DNA of 63,400 nt, filler included, from Octopus bimaculoides (lineage: Eukaryota), in assembly GCF_001194135.2 (NCBI RefSeq). It is 5 parts of 5 records of this genome, joined end to end, with 100 filler letters (N's around TTAATTAATTAA, not from the genome) between each part and the next. Parts side by side here need not be neighbours in the genome. Positions count along the whole stretch, not along the records: positions 31,066 to 41,510 come from NC_068988.1; positions 41,611 to 56,491 come from NC_068992.1; 3 more parts are not named here. One strand, given 5' to 3'. The stretch's first letter is position 1. Each line of letters opens with the position of its first letter. A program made the position numbers and the translations under genes. Under the pieces are notes generated by a model, which made no database searches, was not told the origin of the DNA, and saw only the letters and a program-made list of their open reading frames with translations. This document shows positions 39,341 through 51,869 of the stretch, piece by piece.

Positions 39341-39454
39341 ACGTGGATGCAGAAGGTAGGTGTCGGGGTCGATATAATAACTACCGCTTGAACACTGGGG
39401 TCAATGTAATCGTCTCATACCCACCTCCCCCAAGCTGCCCTTGTGCTAAAAATT

Positions 39455-39481
39455 TTAATGATAATAATAATCATTATTATC

Positions 39482-39541
<60 letters not shown>

Positions 39542-39545
39542 TTTA

Positions 39546-39609
<64 letters not shown>

Positions 39610-39795
39610 CGTTATTAAAGCGGCGAGCTGCCAAAATGGTTAGCACGCCGCGCAAAATACTTAGCAGCATTTCATCTGTCTTCGCATTCTGAATTCAAAT
39701 TCGCGTAGTTCAATTTGCCTTTTGAAGTCGGTAACATGAGCGCCAGCTGAATTGACTTAGCCCATCCGAAATTGTTCGCCTTGTGCCAAAATTTG
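39455..39795 (+). mobile_element. (ATT)n microsatellite followed by a family-B SINE (39615-39795)
   Basis: Direct reading and similarity to 35508. Confidence 0.88.
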
Positions 39796-39844
39796 AAATA
39801 ATTCTTTTTCCACCACCACCACCACAACTACCAGTACCACTGTC

Positions 39845-39890
<46 letters not shown>

Positions 39891-40523
39891 CTATCACCCT
39901 TCACGCAGCAAAGGGACAGAATCGTTAACACGCCGGACGAAATACTTTGTGGCATAGTCTTTCGGTATCGATAAACTGACATTTTGTTTTAAGAAATATT
40001 CTCATTCTTGTTTTATTTTTTAAGCCTTCGATTGTTTAATAAAATATTCTACAGTACCGCCTGGTACACGTGCACCACAGAAATACATGTATTCGTAATT
40101 TTTAGGTGTTGGAGAATACAAATGTCTCATGTCACTGAGTTGTATTAATAAGTTATAATAAGAGGTTTCGCTTTATCTCTGTCGCATTATTATCTCATCT
40201 GCTGTGGAGAGTGTGTGTGACACCCAAGTTTTGTTATTTCATTGAGTACTATTTTCCAGGAATATATCTTACATGAATTGTCTTATATTTTACCATGTAC
40301 CCATTGTATAAGCCATGCATTTATCTATTTATGAAGCTATTCTATCCAATCGATATTGTCTTAAGTAAAATGTAGATTGTATTTTGCTTCTTGTAGCATA
40401 GATATTTTTTGGACAGCGTGTAGTATTTAGTACTATGATATATATTTTCATAGTATTTATTATCGTCCATAATGTTCCAATTAATCTTGAAACACTTTTC
40501 ATTTTCATACTCTTTTTCTACAG

Positions 40524-40592
40524 GTTGTATATCGGTATTTCAAAAAATAATGTGTTTTGACAGCATTTCCTCTTCTTCCCTACAATATTTTG
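40524..40592 (+). CDS. Candidate 69-nt exon (CISVFQKIMCFDSISSSSLQYF), phase 1/1
   Basis: Long pyrimidine tract TTTTCATTTTCATACTCTTTTTCTACAG and donor G|GTAAGA; only phase 1 is open. Confidence 0.45.
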
Positions 40593-40909
40593 GTAAGAAG
40601 ATGTAATAGACTTTACTGTGTATGCATGTTTTTATTCATTTATTTTTCTTGTGCTCGATTTCTATGTCTGGATGGTCATTCTTCATCACTTTTGTTCCAT
40701 TTGGACAGCATATTCCAGAAAGCCATTATTAAGTACCATCTTTTTTACGGTCTCTTGTCTACTTTCACGGCAGACTGGTGACATGTGATCCGCCATGGCC
40801 ACAACATCTAGCTGTCTATGTAAAGTGAATGTAGCAGCCATCTCGACTGTGTCTGGTCTGTGCATATTCTCCTCCTTCTCTTGCTCTTCTTCTTCTTCTT
40901 CTTCTTCTT

Positions 40910-40942
<33 letters not shown>

Positions 40943-40974
40943 ATCATCATCATCATCATCTAAAATTTTAAGCT

Positions 40975-41230
40975 ACGTCGGCTTATTCTGCGTCTTCTTT
41001 CATGGCATTCAATAACTGCATCGTAATCTTCCTTCATCCACTTATGTCTATTTTTGCACACACCATGTATGTGATCTAATGTGACTTAACGACCGTCCGT
41101 GGTCAGATCACTCCCCCTGATGCGGACAGTTTCGGACTTGAAGGGCAGGAAACCTTCAACAGGATCGGCTATAGCTTCATTCTCACCGTTAATTCTTTCT
41201 TTGCTACGTTGCATCATGAGTTCATGAGTC
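40975..41230 (-). mobile_element. Probable R4/Dong-like element, N-terminal fragment
   Basis: Minus strand RHKWMKEDYDAVIECHERRR resembles the R..W..EEN..VMECY motif as I recall it for this clade. Confidence 0.45.
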
Positions 41231-41309
41231 ATTTTGTGGGGTTCCCACGAGAGTTGTTATTGAGACCCCATCTTTCACTTCCTCTTTTGATTTGTATATA
41301 CACGTGCAA

Positions 41310-41357
<48 letters not shown>

Positions 41358-42109
41358 ATTGAGTGAGAGAGCAGTGCATGCCATCAAAGTGACACTGGGG
41401 TAAAATATACGAAACCCAGTATACCCATCATGACTGCCCGTCTGATAAGGGTACACCAGGCACATGCATCACAACCATATGTGCGCGACATGGTGATCTC
41501 ATATCAATATNNNNNNNNNNNNNNNNNNNNNNNNNNNNNNNNNNNNNNNNNNNNTTAATTAATTAANNNNNNNNNNNNNNNNNNNNNNNNNNNNNNNNNN
41601 NNNNNNNNNNCTATCAAGTAACAGGTATTCTATTTCCAAGAAAATTTCCCTCAATTTTAACCCAGTTGTAATTGAGGTTCCTAACAAAATATCTAGATAA
41701 TTTTGGGTGTTCAACAATCCAAATTCTTTCCTCTGTTAGCTTCCAAGTCAATTTTTTTCCCACGCTAATGCCTAATTTGATCATTTTCAATTTTCAAAAA
41801 CTGATGTCTAAACTGGGGCAAAATGAGTAATGACTAATTTCAACATCTTCTGTTTAACTACATGGTGCATAAATGTACGAAGAAGAAAGCCAGGTGGAAT
41901 TCTGCTTTAAGTACCCCATATCACATTTCATAACTTTTTCTAGTTTTTGGAATTTTCAGAAAAGTTTTGCTAATTTGTATTCTACACATGTGAATTCAAA
42001 TGACTATGAAAAAACAAAAAAGCTTTTTGTGTCTGATCTATGGGCTATTTAGCTGTTACTTTTCGCACATCTCATGACCACCCGATACCTTCTTTGTTTC
42101 TTTGTCACT

Positions 42110-44140
42110 TGACCTCAAGCCGGCCTATCTGCCTATCTGCAGCTCAGAGAAGTTGTGGAAGTACCAACTAGTGAGGTACAGGGGGAGAACGTACTACCTG
42201 ACTTGACTGAGTTTTGGTCTGAGTTTGCACCAAAGATCATTGCGAAGGTCTTCAAGGTAATTTTGGGCAAAGAGGCCAAGGTTAAGTAGGCTACCAGCTC
42301 ATACGTCAATGATATCCTGGTAGATGAGAATGTGGAATTGGTTGAGGAAATCGTAGCTGACAACAATAACACCAGAGGCTATAGAAGGAGGTACTGCACT
42401 GGGCTTAAAAGAGACAAAGTGGGTAGGATTGTGTTTCACAGCAGAAACATGATCCCGGACCTAAATCAGGATACGAATAGGTGAGGGCTGTTCTCAATGC
42501 GTGAGAAGCCAATGGATTACTACCTTTTTGCAGGATGGCTCCGAATGGCATGCAGCTTGTCAAAATGTAAGCAGAAGGAGTGAACTGGAGCGATAAAGTG
42601 GGAGAGAAGACAATGGCAATGATGTAAGAGGTCTTGGAGAGTGTGCGAGCAGAAGATCCAGTGAAAGGCAGCTGGTACGTGCCTGACACAAAGAAAGGGA
42701 TAATGTGGTGCGACATGAGCAGCATAGCATTGGGAGTCATGTTGGAAATAGGTGTTGAGGTGGAAGATGTGGTATGGCTTAGAAAGAAGGACAACTACAA
42801 CCACATCAATGTAGCAGAACTGGATGCTGTGTTGAAGGGTGTTGACCTAGCACTGAGATGGGGACTCCGGACCATCGAGGTCTGACTGATTCTGCCACTG
42901 TGCAAGGGTGGGTGGAATCAGTGATCACCAACTGGAAGAGAATTCGCACAATAGGTGCCACAGAAATGGTGATTAAGCATCACCTGGGAATCCCAAGGGA
43001 CATAGCAGCCAAGTTCAATTTGGAGCTGCATGTGGTTTTCGTTCCCTCAGAAAAGAATAAGGCAGACGTTCTAATCAAAGGGAAAAAGCATTGATTGGAA
43101 ACAGCAGAGGATGTTCCAAGTAGGGTAGCAGCGGTTTGTCAGCTGAAAGGCACAGAACTAAGGAGGCTGCACAACATGCACCACATGGGGATTGACAGGC
43201 TGTCGTTTTTGGCTAGCACGGTCAACCCCGATGTCACCAGGGAGAGCATTTGGCGGACAGTGGGGAATTGCAACAGGTGCCAATTGATTGATCCTGCACC
43301 AAGAACACACAAACCAGGAAAGAAGAGGCTAGCCATTGACATGACGCACTATAGGGCAAAGGTGTACCTTTCAATGGTCGACTGTAGACTGGGATGAATG
43401 GCTATTTGAAGAGAAACCAGGGTGGAGACTGCTGCCAAAGTCGCACAAGTGCTGAATGTGGTGTTCTTGGAAGGGGGCCTGTAGATGAGCTATTGATGGA
43501 CAACAGAGCAGTTTTCACTCAGAGCAGCTAAGAGAGATGCTTGAAAGGTGGAACACATGACACTTCTTCAGAGCTGCATATAGGCCAAGTGGAAACGGGA
43601 TTGTGGAATGGAACCACCATACAATTAAAGCCATGACTGAGAGGGGACAAATGTCCCCCATGGAGGTAGTCTTCTGGTACAACATGTTGCTCAGCATAGG
43701 GAAAACCAAAGAGTCAATCCCACAAAGGGCCATATTCTGGTACAAATGGAGACACCCGAGCATGGTGTGGCAGCAGCCAGAGGTGAAAGAGGTTACATCT
43801 GTGCAGGTTGGAGATGAAACGCTCAGTGCACAACACTGGAAAAAAGGAAAGGTAACTGCGAGCAGTACTCCCAATAATGTATCAGTGGATGGAATGCCGT
43901 GTCACGTCCTGAATATTTGAAGGGTGCTTATCTCGTCCAAAGGGGTTGGAGAGGCTGGCTCAGTGACCATACGGAGATCTCTATGGGGTCGTCGCTCCCC
44001 ACCCCAGGTGGATGGACGATTATGAAACAGAACAGGGAAGTAGTGATCTTTAGATCAGAGGGGCATGTGGTGGAAGGGTAACTAACTAGAAGGGAGTGGG
44101 AGAGACAGTACCTGGCAGTACCTGATTGCAAGTTGAGGTA
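42110..44140 (+). mobile_element. Decayed Ty3/gypsy LTR retrotransposon: RT, RNase H, integrase, PPT and start of the 3' LTR
   Basis: ATSSYVNDILVD (RT); WCDMSSIALGV...HINVAELDAVLKG...TDSATV (RNase H); HMGIDR...CNRCQ, LAIDMTHY, LLMDN, GNGIVEWNHHTIK (integrase); purine tract then TG at ~44067. Confidence 0.92.
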
Positions 44141-45739
44141 AGAACAGCTCTATTTTCATACCTTTAAACCACAAGCTAAATATCTGGAAAATATTTTTTC
44201 CTCGCATCATTTTCATTTATGACTCTTGTCATTGGATCTATGAAAGATAAATGACTGAAATCCTCAAATTTTGAGGGGTTTTATTTATTCTGCACAATTT
44301 CTGAAAAAAATTAATGTTAGCTTTCATAAAATCTTCAAATTTTGAGGTATTTCATTTATTTATTTCATCTAAGATCAGATTTTAAATCCACTCATTGCAA
44401 ATTGCAAAATAAAAATAAAGGTGATCATAATTTCAATTGGAGGGCTATAAATTTGTGTGTGGGCATGGCGTATGGAGATTTCTAATGAATTTTTTTCTTT
44501 TTCTCTCTAAATCTCAACTTTTCACACATATTTCAATTTTGATGTCAAGCCACAAATTATTTTCGTGTTGTGTATACAGTATATAGAAATAACAAATAAT
44601 TTGTACTCAAATCTTGATTATACCCAATCAAAATTGTATTGAACTATGTTGAGCCATAATGAACCTCCCCACTCTCTCTCCTCTCTCCCTCTCTCTCTTT
44701 CTCTCACATAATTGCCAACAGAGACTTCCAAAGAAATTTTGTATCAAAATAAGTTATCTTTTACATACCTTGTTTTTAATTCATTGGATTAATCCCTGCA
44801 AAATAGTCACTGGCCATATCTGTCCCAGCACAATTCCACATAAGAAAACCATTTAGTGGATAGGCACTAAAATATCATCTGAGGTCTAATAACAGCAGTA
44901 ATAAAATACCTTGTAATGCAATAATTATAATTCCATGTAGATGTGAATAATGGACAATGTTCAGAAGGCTTAACAGAACAATAATAATTTACTGGAAGAG
45001 GAATTGCTGATAGAATCAAATCAAAGCTTACTTGCTAGCATACCATGCATAGCATTCAGAGATAGGGCATGACAGTGTCCTAGGTGAAAAGAAGGAATGT
45101 TCAGGCTCCTTGTTATAAGGTCACAAATCCAAATGAGGGGTATGCAGCATATTCAAAATATAACACTAACAGTTACTTCATAATATAAAAATATGGAATA
45201 TGATAAAGGTTTGAACTGTCTCATAATCCCGTATTAAATTCTAGAATGTTTTTTCGTTAGATATTTCTATGTAGTATTGAATTCAGACACGGACATATTA
45301 TGTCTTACTTTTCCCAAGGCCTTTTCCTGCATTTCATGATAGGCGGCAGTGTGTATCTATGCACAAGGCAAAGTGTGTTGGCTATACTAACCAAATCATG
45401 CATAGATAGATAACAGTTCTGCCAAAAGGAAATAGTGCACCTACAACTACATAGATTTCACATATACAAACACACACACATGCACGCATAGTTGACATAC
45501 AGTTTACTACCATAAAATAGTGAAAGTAACTTGTTCTTAGAAAATGAAATTTTTTGCAATACAAACTAAAAGTGATAACAGAGACATACTGTAATTTCAT
45601 ATAAACACTATGTGATGTCATCTTCGTCGGCTGCCTGTCTTAAGTCAATGTTGACTCTTCTGTTCAGAAATTGTCTCTAGCAGGCTCACATGTGGGCTAC
45701 CATGCCTGCTTTTGATCTGCTGCATGTAAAGTTACTTGA

Positions 45740-46810
45740 TGCAACAGAGAAGTGACACTTTTTATGTGTTCTTTCGTTTTCTGTCTGTTGTTCTTTTCAA
45801 GGACTGGAGTTACAAGCTTCAGTAAACGGAGCCATTCATTGGATTACAGGGCCTTCTCCTCCCTTGTGTCTGGAGAGATGTCAAAGTTCTTCATATGTCT
45901 CTTCAGTACATTTCTGTATTGCAACCTCTGGCCACCACAGCTCCTGCTGCTCTGATGCAGTTCAGCATAGAAAACTGCCTTTGGCAGCCTGCTGTCCTCC
46001 ATCCTGGAAATATGTTCCGCCCAGTACAGCTGTGCTAAGATAATGAGGGCCTGCACACTAACTGCAGCTCAGTTTTTAAAGTATTGAATCTCCGTTCAAG
46101 CATAGTGCACACGTTCCACATGGCTACAACATCATTTTATTGCAATTTCTACCGTTGAAGTGAAGTACCATTGGCTACAGCGAACCAGCCTGATTTTGTT
46201 CTGTGCATGCATTCTTTATCCTGCCTTTTTTAGGAGCTTCCTCTTCCAAGGGAGGCAGTGCTCCATGAAAAGGGCTGCTCAGATACAAGCACCACTGCCT
46301 CAGCCTGCTGGTACTCAGGATTCAGCACTGACTGCGACCATCAGGAGTGAGCTGCTTGTGTACAGAGCTCTTGCTAGCATCTTCCAGTTACTTACACCTA
46401 CTACCACCACATACACTCCATCCCAACAAGGCTTCCACATTCTTTGAACAAAGTATCATGGATGGTGAGTAAGGCAGTTGGCGTCATCTCCTCACCAGTT
46501 GGCAGTGTCCTCCACACCAGGTACCACGTGATGTACAAGATACAGTGGAGATCATCAATGATGTGGCTGCCCCACTGTAGCAGCTCACTTGCTAGTTGCT
46601 GTTCAAATGTTGCCTGATGGTACAGGTCTGCTTGATCATGATAGCCTTCAAGCCATTGGTTCAGGACTCCTCCCCCTTGTCAAATATCCAACACCCAGCT
46701 GCCTATATCTTCATTATATATCTGGCATGGGAGGCTAAGGGGTTGCTAGAACTTGCCAAAGGTGCCACCTCAATCTATGGACGGAAGGGGCAACTTACTT
46801 TCCCTTTTAC
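45740..46810 (-). mobile_element. RTE LINE 3' fragment
   Basis: YWAEHISRMEDSRLPKAVFYAELHQSSRSCGGQRLQYRNVLKRHMK. Confidence 0.88.
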
Positions 46811-47059
46811 AGTATGCCACTGATGTGAACACTGTACAATACTATGTGACATACCAATTTATCCAATACATAAACAGATCTATGTGTAATATATCATGAA
46901 AACCAAGCATGTTTTATATAAGATGAAAACAACGGGAAAACATAACAGTCATGAATGCACAAAGTGAGATTCCTGGATAGTTTTTTATGATTTCTAAATT
47001 TGTTTCAGCATATATGCTCATGAAGATATGATGCAAATAAATCATCACTATTCCCATGC

Positions 47060-47740
47060 TGTTTCCACAAAGGCTTTTGGCTCTCTCAAGAAGCGTCTAC
47101 AGAGCTGCCATGACATTGCCCGCAACACGAAGTTAAAGGTGTACAGTGCTGCAGTGCTCTCTTGCCTCCTCTACTCCATGGAATTCATGGCCTTCTAATG
47201 CAGGCACATTAAGGCCCTGATGCGAGTCCAACTCCGTCATCTGTGCTCCATCTTGCATATCAAGATAGTCTGATTGCATTCCTAATGTAGTGGTATTGTT
47301 CTGCACTGGCGCAGTTAGTGTGGAAGCCCTCATTATCTCATCACAGCTGTACTGGGTGGAACATGTTTCCAGGGTTCTTAAGGCAGTTTTCTACACTGAA
47401 TTGCGTCGGGTCAGCAGGAGCTGTGGTGGTGGCAGAGGATGCAATACAGAAATGTACCAAAGAGACATATGAAGAACTCTGACATCTCTCCAGACACCTG
47501 GGAGGAAAAAGCCCTGAGGCACAATGAATGGCACCAATTATTGAAGTTCATAGTTCCAGCCATTGAGAAGAACAACAGACAGAATATGAAAGAGCACATG
47601 AAAGGTGTCACTTCTCATTACGTAATTTCACATGCAGCAGATCAAGAGCAGGCCTTGTAGCACACGTGAGCCTGCCAGAGATAGTTTCTGAACAGAAGAG
47701 TCAACATTAACTTAATACAGACAGCTGTTATGAAGACATC
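47060..47740 (+). mobile_element. RTE LINE 3' fragment, inverted counterpart of 45740
   Basis: AFGSLKKRL...TKLKVYSAAVLSCLLYS...VEALIISSQLYWVEHVSR. Confidence 0.88.
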
Positions 47741-47983
47741 ACATAATGTTTATATGAAATTACAGTATGTCTCTGTTGTCATTTCCAGTTTGTATTGCAA
47801 AAACTTTCATTTTCTAAGAACAAGTTACTTTCACTATTTTATGACAGTAAACTGTATGTTAACTCTGTGTGTGTGCGTGTGTGTGTGTGTGTGTAGTCTA
47901 TGTAGTTTTCTAAGATAACTTATTTTGATACAAAAATTCTGAGTAAGTTTCTGACGGCAATTATGTTTTCTTTCCTCAGATGT

Positions 47984-48026
<43 letters not shown>

Positions 48027-48314
48027 CAGGCAGAGGTTTGTTGCAGATCAACAAAGTTCAATACAATTGTGACTGGATAAAATTTCTGTGCGAAAATGAT
48101 TTGTAGCTTGACATCAAAATTGAAAGAGGTGTGAAAAGTTGTGATTTAGAGAGAGAAAAAGAAATCATCAGAAATCTCCATAGGCTGTGTGCAAATATGA
48201 TTTTAAAAAATCAAAATACTTTGAGGACTATTCTACTCTTTTCCTTGTAGAATTTGTTAAACGACTATCTTTTTTAAACAAAATAAAACCTTCCATGCCT
48301 ATAGCCTGAATAAC

Positions 48315-48520
48315 AGGAACAACAAAAACAGGAAGTAAGAGTGAGAGAAAGTTGTGGTGAATGAGTACAGCAGGGTTCGCCACCATCCCCTGCCGGAGCC
48401 TCGTGGAGCTTTTAGGTGTTTTCGCTAAATAAACACTCACAACGCCCGGTCTGGGAATCGAAACCACGATTCTATGACCGTGAGTCCACTGCCCTAACCA
48501 CTGGGCCATTGCACCTCCAC
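48315..48520 (-). mobile_element. Family-C SINE
   Basis: Reverse complement of the 27885 head and body. Confidence 0.9.
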
Positions 48521-49086
48521 TCTCCAGAATAGCATTTGAAAAAAACTCATACATATCAATATCTAGGTCAAATGAAAGGGTACCATGGAAAAATGGCATA
48601 ATATGAAATTAAGTAAACTTGACTAAATCAAAACACTCAACACAAAATATTCTCTATAGCTTCTTCACAATCTGCTGGAGTGGCTCTCTGCAGAATTCTG
48701 GTTCCATCACCCCATATAATCCATCATAACTTTTTAATTTTTTGGAATTTTCAAAACACACAAGGATTCCTTCAACAATGAAAATTAAAAAAAAAAATTT
48801 GGAAGCATCACTACATCAGGGTCAAAGAAACAAGGAAGGTATCAGGTAGTCATGAGATGTGCTAAAAGTAACAGCTAAATAGCCCTTAAATCAGACACAA
48901 AAAAACTTCTTGTTTTTTCATAGTCTTATGAATTCCCATGTGTAGAATACAAATTAGCAAAACTTTTCTGAAAATTCCAAAAACTANNNNNNNNNNNNNN
49001 NNNNNNNNNNNNNNNNNNNNNNNNNNNNNNNNNNNNNNNNNNNNNNNNNNNNNNNNNNNNNNNNNNNNNNNNNNNNNNNNNNNNNN

Positions 49087-49247
49087 AAAGTGAAATCAGG
49101 TGTTTGAACGAATGTACTAACGAAATTTGGGTTCAATATGCATTTAAATAACAATGGGTACGCTTGGCTGGCTACGGTGCCTGGTTAGTCTTATGAACCC
49201 CAAAAATTTTCGGCCGGCTATGGCCAGGTTAGTAACGAAAGGGTTAA
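49087..49247. mobile_element. piggyBac-like MITE terminus
   Basis: Ends ...AACGAAAGGG followed by TTAA; the other end is lost in a gap. Confidence 0.55.
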
Positions 49248-49359
49248 ACAAAATCACGCCATGGCATCCAGTGCTATTTTCTTCCCTACTAAACATATGT
49301 ATAAATAAATATATAAATAAATAAATATATATATATGTACATACATATGTACACGTTTT

Positions 49360-50150
49360 TATTCTATTACTAATACTACTGACCTGTCCAACCATCCTAA
49401 TTCTTTCCTCTACACCATCATTTAGATTCCATCAGTGCAATTGACACTCCTTAAAGCTTTATATCTCTCTCCATAATCCCCCATTCCTTCTATCTTTCTA
49501 CACTTTAATAGTTTTCTATCTCTTTCACCCTTATCCTCCCATTCCTACCTTATATTCACTGACCATTCTGGTACACTTTCCCTTATCTCTATTTTTGTAT
49601 TCTTTTTTCCTTTCTTTTCTTTATTCCTTTTATTTTTTTCTTCCTTTTTCTTCTATACCCCACCTTTTTTCTTCTATTTCTCCCCCATTTTTTCTTTTTT
49701 TCTTTCCTCTTCTTTTATTCCTCTCTTCCTGTTTTCGATTTGACCAGGTCACTTTAATCAGAACCCTTGATTCAATAACACTGTGTATAAACTCTGTATT
49801 TGGAATGACCAATTTCAATGACTGTTGGATTTTATTCATAGGGTATTGGAATCTTAATAATGAATTTACAAATGCAATGACCAATCTTAAAGACTACTGG
49901 ATTTTACTCACAAGGTATTGGAATCTTATAAGTATACCATTCTGCCTAAACAATGGATTTACAAATACAATACTCCCTATATTCACTCTCTATTTCCTAT
50001 CTTATCTAAGCTAACTATTGCTTAACCATCCGCTCACACCGTCTCTGATGAAGGGATATAATAAATATCCTGGAAACAGCTGTAAGACCTATTTATAAAT
50101 GTTCTAGATTATACACAGCCTTGGTTTTTTATCTCATTACGAAAACTAAA
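49360..50150 (+). mobile_element. Penelope-like element 3' end (pLTR-type) carrying an HHR
   Basis: Pyrimidine-rich UTR ending at (TA)n, HHR motif at 50041-50088, and an inverted homologue at 50170-50880. Confidence 0.7.
50041..50088 (+). ncRNA. Minimal type I hammerhead ribozyme motif
   Basis: GTCT-CTGATGA-A-GGGATAT-AATAA-ATATCCT-G-GAA-ACAGCTGT-A-AGAC: intact core, stem I GTCT/AGAC, palindromic stem III, GUA cleavage triplet. Confidence 0.8.
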
Positions 50151-50169
50151 TCCATATATATATATATGA

Positions 50170-50880
50170 AATTAACAGAATGAGATAAAAATCCAAGGCT
50201 GTGAAAGATTTCAGAACATTTATAAAGAGAGAGTCTTACAACTGTTTCCGGGATATTTTATATATCCCTTCATCAGAAACGGTGTGAGAAAATGGTTAAA
50301 CAATAGTTATTCTAGAGAAGATATGAAATAGAGAGTGAAGTGGAGGAATGAAAACAGACACGAGATATGCAGGGAGATTGTATCTGCAGTTCCATTATTT
50401 AAGCAGAATGGTATACATATAAGTTTCGTGTAACTTGTGTGTAAGTTCCAATAGTATTTAAAATTGGTCATTCCAAGCATAGAGTTTGTAAATGGTGTTA
50501 TTGAATCGAGGGTTTTTTGAAGTAACTTAGAAGTTGGGAATGTGTTTGTAAGATCACATCAAAAACAGGAAGAGAAGAAAGAAAAAAAAAAGAAAAGCGG
50601 GGAGAGAGACAATAAAGAAATGAAGAGAGGGAAGTGTACTGGCTAGTGGTCAGTCAGGATAAATTGATATAAGGAATGAGGAGGTGAGGCTGAAAGAGAG
50701 AGAAAGATATGAGGGTCTAAAGAGATGAGAGTGTAAAGAGTAAAAGAGTGTGAGGTATGTAGTCATAGAGTCTAAGTGAAGGGCAGTAAGTGAGGGGTAG
50801 TAAAATGGTTGAATGAAGAATTTGGGAATATAGGTTAGGTTGCTTAGGGGACAGGTCGGTGCTTAGTAGTAAAAGAATAT
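50170..50880 (-). mobile_element. Penelope-like element 3' end carrying an HHR, inverted partner of 49360
   Basis: Colinear reverse-complement similarity to 49360-50150. Confidence 0.7.
50233..50280 (-). ncRNA. Minimal type I hammerhead ribozyme motif
   Basis: Minus strand GTTT-CTGATGA-A-GGGATAT-ATAAA-ATATCCC-G-GAA-ACAGTTGT-A-AGAC. Confidence 0.78.
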
Positions 50881-51869
50881 ATATATGTGAAGATGTATAC
50901 ACATGCATATTAAACATGTATATAGACATTTACACACAACAACACATACATACGCATACAAAACTCTGTATGTTACATGCCTTCCCGTATATATACACTC
51001 ATTTGTATCTAATTTTTATATATATAAAAATTCTTGCATACATAGAGGCATGCATGTAGGCTTGCAGATGCATATAATTGTATGTGAGTGTATACATACA
51101 TATACACACATATGCATATNNNNNNNNNNNNNNNNNNNNNNNNNNNNNNNNNNNNNNNNNNNNNNNNNNNNNNNNNNNNNNNNNNNNNNNNNNNNNNNNN
51201 NNNNNNNNNNNNNNNNNNNNNNNNNNNNNNNNNNNNNNNNNNNNNNNNNNNNNNNNNNNNNNNNNNNNNNNNNNNNNNNNNNNNNNNNNNNNNNNNNNNN
51301 NNNNNNNNNNNNNNNNNNNNNNNNNNNNNNNNNNNNNNNNNNNNNNNNNNNNNNNNNNNNNNNNNNNNNNNNNNNNNNNNNNNNNNNNNNNNNNNNNNNN
51401 NNNNNNNNNNNNNNNNNNNNNNNNNNNNNNNNNNNNNNNNNNNNNNNNNNNNNNNNNNNNNNNNNNNNNNNNNNNNNNNNNNNNNNNNNNNNNNNNNNNN
51501 NNNNNNNNNNNNNNNNNNNNNNNNNNNNNNNNNNNNNNNNNNNNNNNNNNNNNNNNNNNNNNNNNNNNNNNNNNNNNNNNNNNNNNNNNNNNNNNNNNNN
51601 NNNNNNNNNNNNNNNNNNNNNNNNNNNNNNNNNNNNNNNNNNNNNNNNNNNNNNNNNNNNNNNNNNNNNNNNNNNNNNNNNNNNNNNNNNNNNNNNNNNN
51701 NNNNNNTACATATACCTTGCATACATACATACATACGTACGTATATATATATATATGCACAAATATAATTAAATGATTGTGATATTCAAGTATGAAAGAG
51801 GAATTAGGAGTTAAAGTGTAGATTTATAAGGTTATTGGGATTACCTAAGGGGTATTGTAGAAATATACT

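Noticed and set aside
41110-41165. CTGATGC...GAAAC as another hammerhead
   Set aside because: The core is wrong at A9, stems II and III are not convincing, and it lies in a probable retroelement ORF on the other strand
44910-44991. Third minus-strand exon next to 45032-45079
   Set aside because: The implied intron is only 40 nt and the single open phase does not match
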